From Sphyrna mokarran (Eukaryota): a stretch of 64,000 nt of DNA. The stretch is from positions 23,498,001-23,562,000 of the forward strand of contig JAGIQG010000012.1 in the NCBI GenBank assembly GCA_024679065.1, given 5' to 3'. Shown here piece by piece: positions 11,271-23,745 of the stretch. Position numbers and translations under genes: made by a program. Under the pieces are notes generated by a model. That model saw only the letters and a program-made list of their open reading frames with translations. It made no database searches and was not told the DNA's origin. Within the stretch, counting starts at the first letter, position 1. The number at the start of each line of letters is the position of its first letter.

Positions 11271-12938
11271 TGTCTACTGTAGATGAACAGCTGTCATATA
11301 TTGAGGCAGCAAAGATGTGAGAGACTAGCACTATTGGAAGGTGAGAGGATGCGTTCTTCTGTTAGATGTGAGGTTAGAGTGCTCTGGACTGCTGATGAAT
11401 GAATGAGGTTTTGATGCTTGAGGAGCACGAGAGGTTAGTGGTGTAATGGATATGAGATGCTCGTTAAAGATCCATTCATTATCTTGACCAGAATGAAAAT
11501 TTTAATCAAGATGTTTGATCTGGAGTCGATATAGATAGTAAGCACAAGTGTGATGGATGAATGGGATTTGGTACATGTAAGGAAACTCACAGCAAGGTTT
11601 GTTTGACTTCTGGCACTACTGCCAAGTTCTGAGGGCTAAAGTCTGGAAGTTGATTTCTGTGGCCACCCAATCCCACTCCCATATAGTGTTCCTTCCTCAT
11701 CCTATTCAGTGCAATATCCCTTTATGAGGAAAAAACTGCCTTTTTTTCTATTTTAAAATCTTCCTCTAAAATCTGTTTCTGACGAAACATTTGTTCAACT
11801 GTCCTAAATCTCCTTTGGCTCATTGTCAAACTTTGTCTGATTAAGTGTCTTGGAATGTTCTCTTATTTCAGCTTTATTATTTCTTCCCCTATGCATCGTT
11901 ATGTAATGATTAGCCAATTGGGTAAAAGTTTTAAGCAATGAGTGTTTGGCAGTATTCCTGAAGGAATTACTTGTTCCTTGTTCGTCCTGTCACATGCCTC
12001 AGAAAAGCAATAATAGATATTTGGAATAGGCACCAAGTTGAAAGTTATTAATTCTTTTCAAGGAAAATCTAGATCAAAGTTTATTAGAATGCCAACCTGA
12101 TGGCAACAGAATTGCTGAGTTGTTGGAAATGTTATCCTAAAGGTGAATCACACAAGATGCATGTGCTCTGAATTAAGTTTGCCCTGGTGCTTCTATTCTT
12201 TTTCAACTTTGCCAACTCAGTTTGTGTCTTGAGAATGGATTCTGTGGTTTGTGATGTGACAGATTATATGCAAAAAACACTGGCTTGTTGACCTTTTGAG
12301 TTTTTTGTTGGTATTTGGCACAGTGAAATTTATAAATTCATGGTGAAAATAGTAAAAACATAAATTAATCTTAATGTTTATATTTGTCTTTTATTTTTGA
12401 GAGGTTTTGTACTGATAGCAAAGAGTGATGCTAGGGAAAGAATTTCATTCTATTTTGAATGCTTAGTGCTGACATTATTTCCTGTTCTTTACAACAGTAT
12501 ATCTTGGCCAAAACCCAGCACAGCATCCTACTTGATCAGTGTAACACATCTATTTTCCACATCAATCACCTTGTCCCCTTGATAGATGAGATTTTTAATC
12601 CATACAAATCAGACTCAACTTTGTGCTTTTGGCTGTTAGGAATTGGATTATGATCTTCTGCCTACTTAAATTATTTACAGCCGTCAAATTAAATTTCACT
12701 AGTTCTGATTGTTCCTCTGTCAAGCCCCAGTTCCAGACTTAAAATGTCTAGTGACAAACCCACTGTCCATAGCTCTCCTGTTGACCTAATAAAATAGAAA
12801 TTAAGCCAGTAAAATCTTGGCTATGCTAACTTCCGCCTATCATTTCAATAAGAGCCATGTGCACAATTAGTTCTTTTCTTATATTTGGTTGTGATAGGCA
12901 AGACTTTCACAGTGTAATCTTTGTGTTTTTAATTACAG

Positions 12939-13108
12939 AATTGGTGTGGTTGCTGGAATGGTGGTCATGCACAGAATGTACTCTCTATACTGATCGAAAG
13001 AATTACATTCAGTATGGTAAAGAAAATGCCATAGTTATTCTCAATCATAACTATGAGATTGATTTCCTTTGTGGATGGGACTTCTGTGAAAGATTTGGTG
13101 TTTTGGGG
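12939..13108 (+). CDS. AGPAT4: AGPAT4 coding exon, 170 bp, with catalytic motif I NHNYEID
   Basis: Acceptor ttgtgtttttaattacag|AA and donor GGG|gtaagt. Encodes LVWLLEWWSCTECTLYTDRKNYIQYGKENAIVILNHNYEIDFLCGWDFCERFGVLG, which lies inside track ORF 12857-13129. Confidence 0.96.
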
Positions 13109-13502
13109 GTAAGTGTGCTTCTATCATGAATGAAATTATTTGCAGGATATACACTTCTAGATCAAACCTTCCAAATCATTTTTCTTTCCCAGACTGCAGT
13201 TCAAAAAAAACTTATTCAAATCAACCTTGTCTTTACCCACTTTCTAGTTCAGAAAATGCCTGCTGCAAGTATTTGTTTTTCTTGAGGTGAGGCATGTTTA
13301 TATTAAAAAAACTAATACTAATGCTAATTCTTGTTCTATACCAGGAATTTACATGATGCATTTACTTTTGAGCCACCTCTCCTCACCACCCCCCCCCCCA
13401 CCCCCAACGTTAGGAAAATTCCACATACCACCAACCCCACCCCAGAATACAACATTTTTTCTGTATATAAAGTTATTTATACTGTTGAACACCTTTTATT
13501 TA

Positions 13503-13572
13503 CAAAGAACAAAGAGCAACACAGCACGGGAAACAGGCCCTTCGGCCCAACGAGCCCACGCCGCCGTCCTAA
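13503..13572 (-). mobile_element. ~70-bp tail-only retroposon (CR1-type 3' stem-loop plus tail repeat), copy 1
   Basis: Minus strand TTAGGACGGCGGCGTGGGCTCGTTGGGCCGAAGGGCCTGTTTCCCGTGCTGTGTTGCTCTTTGTTCTTTG; nearly identical to 51487-51560. Confidence 0.8.
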
Positions 13573-14419
13573 TTTATATGATGTGAAACTTGGTGCTGAG
13601 CAACAATACATTTGCGATCTTCCAATCTATTGGGACCTTTCCAGAAGAATGCAACCAATCCATCCACCATCTCTAAAGCCATTGTGGAGTGTTTCAGCTT
13701 TCTGAAGGCTGTCTAGCTCAGCAAGAATGAATGCTCATCTCATACATTAAAAAATATAGGTTTATTTTATAAATTGAGATTTTGTCTTTTACACTTTAGA
13801 AAGTAGCAGAATCTTGGCTGAAGACGTTTGCAAGCATTCATATTTTCTCCTTCCAATATCAAGGAATTGGAAGTATCTGGAGTACGACTGGTTATGAACT
13901 GAGAAAAAATCACGTGCTTAGTGACTTAAAGTTGCAGGATGATGGTCAAAAATGTAATTTAGTAAATAATGAGGATAAACAGCAAAATCCAAAGCAATGA
14001 TTGTTCTAAATTTATACATAATTGATTCAGTTGTCTTCCTTTACGTTGTAAATGTTGAAGTATCCAAAGACATGGAAGTTATTTTGAAAAGGGGCTAAAA
14101 AGAGCTCGAACTGAATGCTTTGCTACTAAGACATGCCTGGTTCAAATCTAGTTTTATCGCAGTATTTTTATCCTAATTTTTGGTTGCCACAGTTTGAACT
14201 TGTCTAGAAATTCCAAAATATGTATCTGTAGATTGAGTGCTGATTTAGGAGCATTTTTCCTGAAGCAGTGTATGTACTCCATGCATCTAGTTCCACTGAA
14301 GGCCTGAGTAATACAGCACAGGTTTCAGAATGGCAGACACTGAGGGAGGCTGCTCAGATTCTTGGATTTGCCACTGGAAGTTCTGCTAAAGAAAATCCAG
14401 AGGAATAGGGATGTGCTGA

Positions 14420-14530
14420 TCTGGTCTCAACGTTGAATTCAACAACTTCAGATGATTTGCTCTACCCCATCTCGGCTCCCTTTTGTTTTCATTCTATTTT
14501 ATTTAATATTTTACTGTTCTCTACCTTTTT
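14420..14530 (+). repeat. 111-bp direct duplication of 15014-15124 with 1 mismatch
   Basis: The copies are identical except T14470 versus C15064; offset 594 bp. Confidence 0.95.
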
Positions 14531-14890
14531 GGTATTGGTAGAGGGAGAGGATTCACTTTGTCCTATTCCTCTCACCTGCAGCAGCTAATGTTCTATGTTC
14601 TAATGCTGGTCTGTTTGCTACCATGTAATTTCTACTATTCCTCCTGCACCAACCAAACTAGATAATCTGTGCCTTCCTTCTGGTGGTAGTGGTGGAGTAG
14701 TATGGTTCTCTTTTAGGTGAAGTCTTTGAAATTTCTGGAATAAATGTTGATAGCACTAATGAAGTACAAAACGCTCCTGAAAGACTTGCATTGTGCTTCA
14801 AAATGATTTTTCAAATCTCTAGTAGCAAGTGAACAGCAAAAGTGAGTGCATGTTCCCAAAATGCTGAGTAGAAACCTTCAGCAATGACTT

Positions 14891-15533
14891 TACTTGCCGT
14901 TTTAACACATGATCCTGTTCTCATTCCCTCATGTCTGTCCTTCACTTGCTGCAATGTTCCAGTGAAGCTCAACCGAAACTAAGGAACAACATCTCATCTT
15001 TTGGCTAGGCACTTCTGGTCTCAACGTTGAATTCAACAACTTCAGATGATTTGCTCTACCCCACCTCGGCTCCCTTTTGTTTTCATTCTATTTTATTTAA
15101 TATTTTACTGTTCTCTACCTTTTTATTTCTTTATTGTATTCCTTCATTTTTCTTTTCCCTTCTCCTTTTCCTTACTTTTCTTCCCCTTCTCCCCCCTTCT
15201 CTACATTCTACCTCTGTCCCATCCTCTCCTCCTTCCAGCCTCCATTCCTACCACCACTCCCCACCCATCTTCATCTGGCACAGCTTACAGCTTCTCCACC
15301 GTTTGGCCATTCACAGCCTTAATTCTCTCTGTGGACAGATATTAGTAGTTTTTTTTCCTAGTTTCTATGGTTATGACTCATCTTTCATTCCTTCATCTTG
15401 CAGTATAAATATCTCCCACTTCTTACGCCTTTTAGGTTTGACAAAGGTTATCAGGACTTGAAATGTCAACTCTTTTCTCTCCTTATGGATGCTGCCAGAC
15501 TTACTGAAATTTTCCAACGTTTTCTCTTTTGGT
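14891..15533 (+). mobile_element. 5'-truncated Penelope-like element (GIY-YIG C-terminus, 3' region, degenerate hammerhead) with a 14-bp TSD
   Basis: Translates CRFNT*SCSHSLMSVLHLLQCSSEAQPKL, then after a frameshift EQHLIFWLGTSGLNVEFNNFR*. Degenerate core ttgacaa...gaaa at 15438-15463. Flanking direct repeat TTCAGCAATGACTT at 14877-14890 and 15534-15547. Confidence 0.75.
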
Positions 15534-17944
15534 TTCAGCAATGACTTGCTTGCTGTCAATATTCTAGTCATTAAGGTATTGAGCTGGAACTGTATTTTGG
15601 TGGATCCACCAAAATACAGTTTGAGTCATTAATTTTAAATGGCAGTCAGCCTGTTAATGATTTCCTTGGTGATTTTTTTTCTTTTTAGTATTCATTTCAA
15701 CTCCTTTATCAAATGGTGTATTGTGAACTAAACCAGAATCTCAACTTAAGACCCCAACTTGGCTAACTTGGAGGCTCTTAAGCACCTGAAGAAACCTTTA
15801 GAAATCACAACCTGTGTTCTATCAAAGGGCTCACATTGTAAAAGTTGTGCAAATTTCCCTACTCTTTCTTTATTGATTGGATGAGAAGCCCAGTTTTTAC
15901 CCCATTTTTTGTAATTACAGTTTTAAATTGTAATAATAAATAACAAAAAATTCTGGCTTATTTTTCAAAATTTCTGGTAGCTGTCTTTTTCTGTTGCTCT
16001 GTTTAGTCAAGAATGAACTTATTTTCCTATTCCATCCAAATTTTAGACTTGGACTAGCTTGGAAGTAGAAGTATTGCAATGGGATATAAATAGTTTCCTG
16101 TGTAGTTAGCATTTTTGGCTCTAATACAAGAGAATCCTTGTGCTTCAACTGGAAAGGTTGCACTGGGGCACCGTCATAAGGCAATGACGTTATACGTGTG
16201 GTAATGAACAGGCTGGAAAGTTTGCAGCCAATAATACAGCAAGGGGTGAATTTCATGTAAGTTCTGATAAGAAATCCGAACAAATTTATCGATATGATTT
16301 AAATTCTGGTTTGTCATGTTCCAGCAATACTCAAGCTGGTCGTTTAAGTAATTCGTATTACATTTATGAAAATTAGTTTTACATCATTTTGACACTGGTG
16401 ATATCATGGAAAATGGTGAATTTCCATGATCAAATTACTTAGTATCTTTTGGTTTTATTTCACTGAGTATTTCTGGTAAGTGTTCACTGTGCGTGCATGT
16501 GGATGCTTTGTTTCCTTGTGCTAAAAATGAAGAACAACCAGATTTGAGTGGAAGCATTTAAAAAAAAACTCAAATTAAAATAATCCATTAGCATTGACTC
16601 AATAAATGAATATGGTAACAGTCTATATCTTCCAGTCTAATTCCAATGGGCATGTTAATGCACAAATTTAGACTCTAAGCAGGAGAACTTGTATGTTGCT
16701 ATGAAAATTGAATTATAAACAAAAGCATTGTCATGCACCAAGATTGGAAGTTAGGGAGTTGTTTTCTTTGATGATGGATGCCAAAATTATATTTGGCATA
16801 TTTGCGGGAAATAGTGTCAATCCTTGAATAATATTGAGTCCATTGGACATAAATCTGCCTTTTCAACTGAGGAAGAAATAATTTCCAATCAGACTTCCAT
16901 ATTCTGTTCTTATGAACAAGTGATGAGGCCAGACTCTTAAGGTTTTATATTTATATCCTGTGCCTGATTTTACACATGGACAGACTTTGTGTAGCTTTTT
17001 CATAATGAGAAGTTTTGGTCCTGTTACCATATTTAGTGAAAGAATAATTAGAAATCCTATATGTGAAGAAATATTATCAAGGCAAATATTGTATTTAACA
17101 ATACAATACCATTTTAGCACTTAAATTAATGCAATTTTAGATGCCAATGACAAGTATGAAGCAGCATTCAGTAGATAATTATTAAAGTTAATGTATTATG
17201 GATCAATTTATAATACATTGTATGAAAATCTGTGTTTCTAAACTACTTAGTAGAGATGCTATTTTATGTGCTCATCAGTCCATTGTTTTCTTCTCTGCTA
17301 TTCCATCTTTTGGACCTTACCAGGATGCAGTAGAACTGAGTTAAATGTAGCTAGGTGGTTGATGTTGGAGATGATTTCATAAGGCTAAATTAACTGAGTT
17401 GAGCTCAGTCTGCAACTCAGCAATGAAAACATTAATACTGATTTCATGGTTGGGACCAGACTTTGAGAAAAGTGGAGTGCTTCTGAACGTAATGTGAAAT
17501 AGTTATTGGCCATTGAGGTTCCTGCCTACTGTCCATATTCCCTAATGACAAAAGACTTGAAGTTGCCACATCATGAGCCTGTGGCCTAAACAAGGCAGAC
17601 TGAGACATAAGCAGTGCTGGGTGTTGGAGCTGAAGTTAAAGGTTTTGGAGGAGGGGGAGCTTGTGACTGTAGTTGGGGTTATTACCCTCTGCTGGGAAAC
17701 CACTAAATTAATTCATACACTCTTCAGGGCTGCAGTCAGTTTTAAGATCCATGAGAAAGCAATCTGTACTTAGCATGGTTTGCAAAAATAGGCGGTTTGA
17801 ACAGCAAAGGCTGCTGGGTTTGTTTATGACCAAAATTGTCAGAATAGCTTTTGAAATTATTAATTCATCAGATACAGAGATCTAGTGTGTTATCAACTCA
17901 AGCTCTGTTCTCTGTAACTTAATTTATTTTTAAACGAGTAGGCC

Positions 17945-19140
17945 TTGTGGTCCTACAGATTCATTGCCCTAGTGAGGAGATTTTGATGCATCCAACTGAG
18001 GTATGCGGAATTCCACGTTGGAATGAACATCTCCATACTAAAGAATACAGTGGCCTAAAAGTGGTTTGGGTATTTGTGCAAGATGTGCAGAAAAATTTAA
18101 TTCAAGTAAAGCCAAGCATTCCAGAGAGAGAGCACTTAGAACAATTTGTGCCCCCAGTGCTTTGATAAGATGAGGTTATGTCAAGGACACAAAGGTGACC
18201 CTATGAGTATTTGAGAATTGTATGAGTAATTGGTGTTTATGTTAGTAAACTGCTTTAATTAGTAAAAACTTGGTTTTGTTAACCTACTTCACACTATCTC
18301 TCTCAAATTCAGTGGCATAACTCTGGTTAGATGTTACTGAATGTCCAAGTTAGATTATTTGAGGTAGATATTGGCTAATCTCCAAAAACGGATGTGGAAA
18401 TTGTGGACGTAACCCATACCTGTTCATTGTATTGTTTGTCGCATATTAATTTGGTGTATGCAACCAGCGCTGCGTACAGTTCATCAGTTGCATGCATTAA
18501 CAGGAGAACTGATCAAGGAGCTTTTTCAAGAATCAATGTGGGCGGTAATGTTTTGAGCCAGGGCTGTTCATGTGAGAGGCCATGCACCAAGGTTTTCAGA
18601 TCTCAGTGGAAGAAGAGAAAATTTCTCCATTTTGGGAGTGTGTGGGAGGCGGGCAGGGGACCCTCTATATATTTAGGCATGAGACGGTGAGAACCAGTAC
18701 TGGTGGTATTGCAAGGGTATTGCTCCTAGAACCTATAGAATGTGTAGGAAGAAATACAATATCTCTCCAGTTATCAAGATGAGTGAGATCATTTTCAAAT
18801 GGAATAATCTATCAACTGTACCCCTAACTTCATCCATGACTCAATTCTTCAGCCCATCATCCATCAATTACCCACTCCTGTGCTCAAATACTCATTTGAT
18901 TAATTTTTGTGTCCTCAGCAAAACCTCATCCTAAATGTATTACCTCTCTGGAATGTTTGGTTTTTTTTTAATTAGATTTTTCTGCATGTCTTGTACAAAT
19001 ATCTAACACATCTTTTGCCGCTATTATTCTTTAGTATAAGGATGTTCATTCTAATATGAGTTGATACTAATTAAGATTGTTGTTAAATGGATGAATGCTT
19101 TGTCTTATCCTTGAATAAGCCATTCTGTTGTAGGCCTCAC
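17945..19140. repeat. Long imperfect inverted repeat with arms ~17945-18235 and ~18862-19140
   Basis: The left arm matches the reverse complement of the right arm in several blocks: gaatgaacatctccatactaaagaata / gaatgaacatccttatactaaagaata; tatttgtgcaagatgtgcagaaaaatttaatt / tatttgtacaagacatgcagaaaaatctaatt; ccaagcattccagagag / ccaaacattccagagag; atgagtatttgag. Confidence 0.8.
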
Positions 19141-19700
19141 AAACACAACTGTTAATTGGCATAGAATGACATCCACTGAATGATGGCAATCACATCACCC
19201 AAACGCATACTGAACATCACTCATGCAGTTCACTTATGCAGCAGGAATGAACTGGGGAACAAGTGTGCCTGCAGGTTGGAAGAGACAGTGCTGGTTATCA
19301 TCTGAAGGATCATATTAAGACCATGGTCACTAATAGGGCTGAAATAATCAAAGATTACTGTATCTACATACTTAATTTTTTTTTCACATCCCAAGATTTC
19401 CTTATTACTTAATCTATTCTGATCTTTAAGCTGCAGATGATGTACTTACTTTCACTTCTCCATTCACCAAAGCTCAACTCTTGTCCCTTTTTCACTTCAG
19501 TTAGCCAAGAATGGGAGCCTTCCTTGTCCGTGCTGAAAGAGTTATCAGCTTGGGTGCTGATACTGTGTTTGAAGACAGGCATAGAGGAGATTTGCCTGCG
19601 TTGAGATGTCAATCATATGAGAGTCTGAGGAATGGCTTGCAGAGTAAAAAGGATAGAGCAGGTGTCAGTGTACCAAAACTTGAAGTTGCGTAATAGTTTT
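18490..19700 (+). mobile_element. Second Harbinger-like Myb gene remnant, fragmented
   Basis: gcaccaaggttttcagat (APRFSD) at ~18584. Segment 19240-19350 (gaagagacagtgctggttatcatc...gaccatggtcactaatagggctgaa) parallels the exon-2-like segment at 5640-5770. Confidence 0.4.
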
Positions 19701-21189
19701 GTTGCAGGGAACTCAGATGATGTAACTAAATGTTTAGTACAGGCTTTCCAGTCCATTTCAAGAATATGTCATGATAATGACAATGACTTTCCATAGTGCT
19801 TTGGAGCCCATCTTTCTGAAGAATTTGTTGTAATATTGTTGATGACAAAGCATGTCTGTTAAAGAAATCTTTGTGATTTTCTGTATGTTAACAGCAAATC
19901 TTTATTAACTGCTTGTAACTATATATACAGTAAAAAGTGCAGGCAAGGAGTGTCTCTGTTCAACAACACACTGACCTTAGCTGTAGTCATGCCTTATTCC
20001 ATCACTGTGGGCAGTACTGTACTCAGTCCCACATTAACGCTGTATGTACTAAATACTGATATTACCTTACCCCATGGATATAGTTTACTTCAAGTGTGAA
20101 GTCCTATACAATCTTACTGCTATTCCAACATTGCTGATATTAGAACATCAGCATTAACAGCTCACTCGCTTCTCAGCCCTTTTCCCTTCCAAGCTCTTAA
20201 AGTTAGAGCATTTGGGCAGCCTGGAGCCCTTACAACCCTTCCATGTCTCATTTACAGTTCTGTTGAACAAGTGATGGGCTCTGTTGTTCCTGGTTCTTGT
20301 TGGCTTGGATTTTGGATTGGCACTTTCATTCTTTTCTTCCATTGCTTAATACTGACCCATGAATAGGTTTGTTTGGCTGTTGCATAGATTCATGATGGCT
20401 GTTACACTTGATTGTTTGTTTGTTTCTTGTGGGGTGGACATGGTATTTGTCTCTTTAGTGCTGCTTTTTCTTTTGTCTTGCAGCCTTCTGAAGCTGAGGA
20501 AGAATGTTCTAAGGGCAGTTCAGCACTATGCTCACCTATGCATTTTGTTGACGATGGTGAGAAACTGATACAAGGTTTCAGCACCCCTTGTGGCTGCAGC
20601 ATGCTGGCTTGAAATTAAAATGGTTGCTATGTCAACCAGCTGTGTAGCATCATTGTAGTTGGAGATGGAGGTTCCTCCAAACTACTGATCACCCTCTGGT
20701 ACCACTTTATTGGACGTGTCATGGTAATCTCCACATTAGTCAGATTATTGGGAACTTTCTGGGATTTAGACTGATAATGGGCAAACCTGCTGCGAGAAGA
20801 GGGATTGATGGTGAAATCAAAGTCTGAATATTCAAATGGTGTTTGAGTACTCAACAGTACTATTCTGGTTGGCTAGTGATAGTAATAGTCCTATCATCCT
20901 CTGATGGCTAGAGAAGAAATAGGATGGCACAGGCAGCCCTGCTGAGAAGAGACTCTACATTGGGAAGGTCTGTAACAGGCAAGTGATTTATATTTACCAG
21001 GCTTCTTCCCTGGCAATGAATTTTAAAAAGACCCCCTTTTTTGTAATGCCATTTGAGTTATCCCTCCCTCACCCACATCTCTTACCATTTGCTTTGAAGG
21101 CACGTGTATTCTTTGACTTCTTTCCTATATTTCAGCATTTTTTAAAGATTGTGGAGCTTGGAATAACACTGATGTTGAAATCAATGCAA

Positions 21190-23545
21190 TAGCGAGAAGA
21201 TATTGGCTTATAAAATATGGAGGTAGAATTGGTCTGGATGGAGCTAAGAAGTAATAAGAAATGGAAGACATTAATTGAAGTTATTTATAGACTTCTAAAC
21301 AGTAGTGGTGAGGTGGGGAATGGAATTAAACATGAAATCAGAGATACATGTAACAAGAGTGCTCCAGTAATCATGGGCGACATTATATATGGATTGGGCA
21401 AATCAAATTAGCAACAATACTGTGGCAGATGAATTCCTGGAAGATGTATAAATGGTATTCTTTTAGACCATCTAGGAATGAACTAGGAAACGTGCTATTG
21501 TAGATTCTATATAATGTAAAGAAAAGTTTAATTCATCCTGAGATGGAGAGTCCTTTGGGGAACAATGACCACAACATGACAGAAATCTTGATTAGCATAG
21601 AAAGTGAAGAAGTCTAATCTGAAACTGAGGTCCTAAATCTAAATAAAGGAAACTATGAAGATATGAATTGTAAGTTGGCTAATATAGATTGGGAACTTCA
21701 TTAAAAGACATTAACAGCGGATAGGCAAAATTTAAGGGATGATTATTTGCATTGCAACAGTTATACATTCTTTTCTGGAGCAAAAACAAAACAAGAATGG
21801 CAACTCAACAGGGGAAAAGGAAGTAAGGCTAGTGTTGGATCCAAAGAGAAGTTATATGAAGTTGCCAGAAAATGTAGTAAGATTGGGAGCAGTTCAGAAT
21901 TTAGCAAAGGATGAAGAGATTGATAAAGAAGGAACAAGTAGAAAAAGAATATTCCAAAAGCTATAGAGCCCCCACACGAGATTAGTTTGCGAAATTACAA
22001 CTTCTGGAATTGGGAGTAATGTATTGGAATGGATTGAGTGTTGTTTAGCAGACAAGAAATGGAGTAGGAATAAATGGATCTTTTGAAATGATGGACGATG
22101 ACTAGTGGGGTCCTGAGGGATCATAGTATACCTAAAAGATTTGGATGCGGGAACAAAAGTAAAATATCCAAGTTTGCTGATGATATGGAACTTGGTGGTA
22201 TGAGAGTAGTAAGGAGGATTATGCTTCAAGGTGATTTAGGCAATTTGACTAGAGCCGGCAAATTTATGGCAAATGTAGTATCATGTGAATTTATTCACTT
22301 TGGATATAGAAAAGTGTATTATTTGAATGGTGATAGATTGGAAAATATTGATGTACGAAGAAAGAGTTGCCTAGTACACCAGTCACTGAAAGCAAGTGTG
22401 CAGATCAGCAAGCAGTTAGGAAAGCAAATGGCATGTTAGCCATCATTGGAAAAGAATTTGTATACAGGAACAAAGATGTCTTCCTGCAGCTGTACAAGGC
22501 CTTGAGATCATACCTGCTATGTTGTATGCCACCCTGCTTATCTAAAAATATGTATCTATAGGATCATAGAACATTACAGTGCAGGAGGTGGCTATTCAGC
22601 CATCGAGTCTACACCAACAACAATCCCTCCCAGCCTCTATCCCCCTAACCCCATATACTTAACCTGCTAATCTCTCTAACCTATGAATCCTGGGTCACTG
22701 AGAGGCAATTTAGCATGGTTAATGCAGCTAACCCATACATTTTTGTACTGTGGGAGAAAACCGGAGCACCTGGAAGAAACCCACATTGACATGGGGAGAA
22801 CATGTAAACTCCACACAAACAGTGATTTAAGCCAGGAATCAAACCAGGTCCCTGAAGCTGTGAGGCAGCAGTGCTAACCACTGTGCCACTTTGCCATCGA
22901 GTGAATCTAGGGAAGGATGGCAGGATTGTCTGTGTCAGCAATTGCAGCCTTTGGCAATTGCATTGTTAAATATCATTGGCTCAACGTTCAAAAGAGTATA
23001 AATGGACACAGCTGGGACAGTTGGTAAGTAGTTTGTAACTTTATTGAACTGTATAAAGAATAAACTTGCTAAAAATAAAAGATAAAACTTCTGTATTATT
23101 TCTCCAACAAATGGAATTGTTGTATGAGGAGAGTTTGGGTTAGCTGGACCTGTATTCATTGGAATTTCGAAGTGAGGAGGTATTTAATTGAAACGTAAAA
23201 TTCTGATAGGGTTGGATAGACTGGATGCAAGGATGATGCCCCTTTCAGCTGGGGAATCTGAATCAAGGGGTCACAGTCTCAAAATTCGGGGTAGGCTATT
23301 TAAGAATGAGATGGGGGAAAGCTTTTATTTAGAGGATGGTGAACCTGTGGGATTGCCTACCACAGAAGGCTGTGGAGGCAAGTCATTGAATATATTAAGA
23401 AGGAAATAGATTTCTAAACTCTAAAGGTATCATGGGCTATGAGGAGAATGTGGAAATATGGCATTAAGATGGAGGATCAGCCATTATAATATTAGATGGC
23501 TGGGTAGTCTTGAAAGGCCAAATGGCCTGCTCCTGTTTTCTATTT
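21190..23545 (+). mobile_element. CR1 LINE (endonuclease, internally deleted RT, 3' UTR) with a nested SINE; ends ~38 bp before an AGPAT4 exon
   Basis: EVELVWMELR...VIYRLLNS (EN domain), LGNNDHN, SKFADD (RT), LQLYKAL, RGHSLKI; tail ggccaaatggcctgctcctgttttctat. Confidence 0.85.
22562..22897 (-). mobile_element. Full-length HE1-type V-SINE
   Basis: Minus-strand head ggcaaagtggcacagtggttagcactgctgcctcacagc...ggtttgattcc; V-domain tgtgtggagtttacatgttctcccc...ggtgctccggttttctcccacag; CR1-derived tail cctgcactgtaatgttctatgatc. Confidence 0.88.
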
Positions 23546-23583
23546 CAATCTAACGTGTTTTAAAAATCTGTTTTCTTGTGTAG

Positions 23584-23745
23584 AGTTCAAAAGTACTAGC
23601 AAAAAAGGAGCTGGCTTATGTTCCTCTGATTGGTTGGATGTGGTATTTTCTGGAAATAGTATTTTGCAAGCGGCAGTGGACGGAAGATCGCAGAAACGTA
23701 GTCCAGAGTTTGCTTAATCTCCGGGATTACCCTGAAGTCTTTTGG
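23584..23745 (+). CDS. AGPAT4: AGPAT4 coding exon, 162 bp, phase 0-0
   Basis: Branch-like tctaac at ~23549, acceptor ttttcttgtgtag|AGT and donor TGG|gtacgt. Encodes SSKVLAKKELAYVPLIGWMWYFLEIVFCKRQWTEDRRNVVQSLLNLRDYPEVFW. Absent from the ORF track. Confidence 0.96.

Noticed and set aside
1-12938. AGPAT4 first coding exon (ATG plus N-terminal hydrophobic segment)
   Set aside because: I found no matching open segment with suitable splice sites by eye; it probably lies upstream of the window.
15027-15461. Overlapping hydrophobic ORFs of 144, 99 and 62 aa
   Set aside because: Artefact of the pyrimidine-rich 3' region of the Penelope-like remnant.
16140-16360. CpG-retaining non-repeat stretch with a TGACGT motif, considered as an enhancer
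   Set aside because: Short motifs alone are not enough support without conservation or chromatin data.
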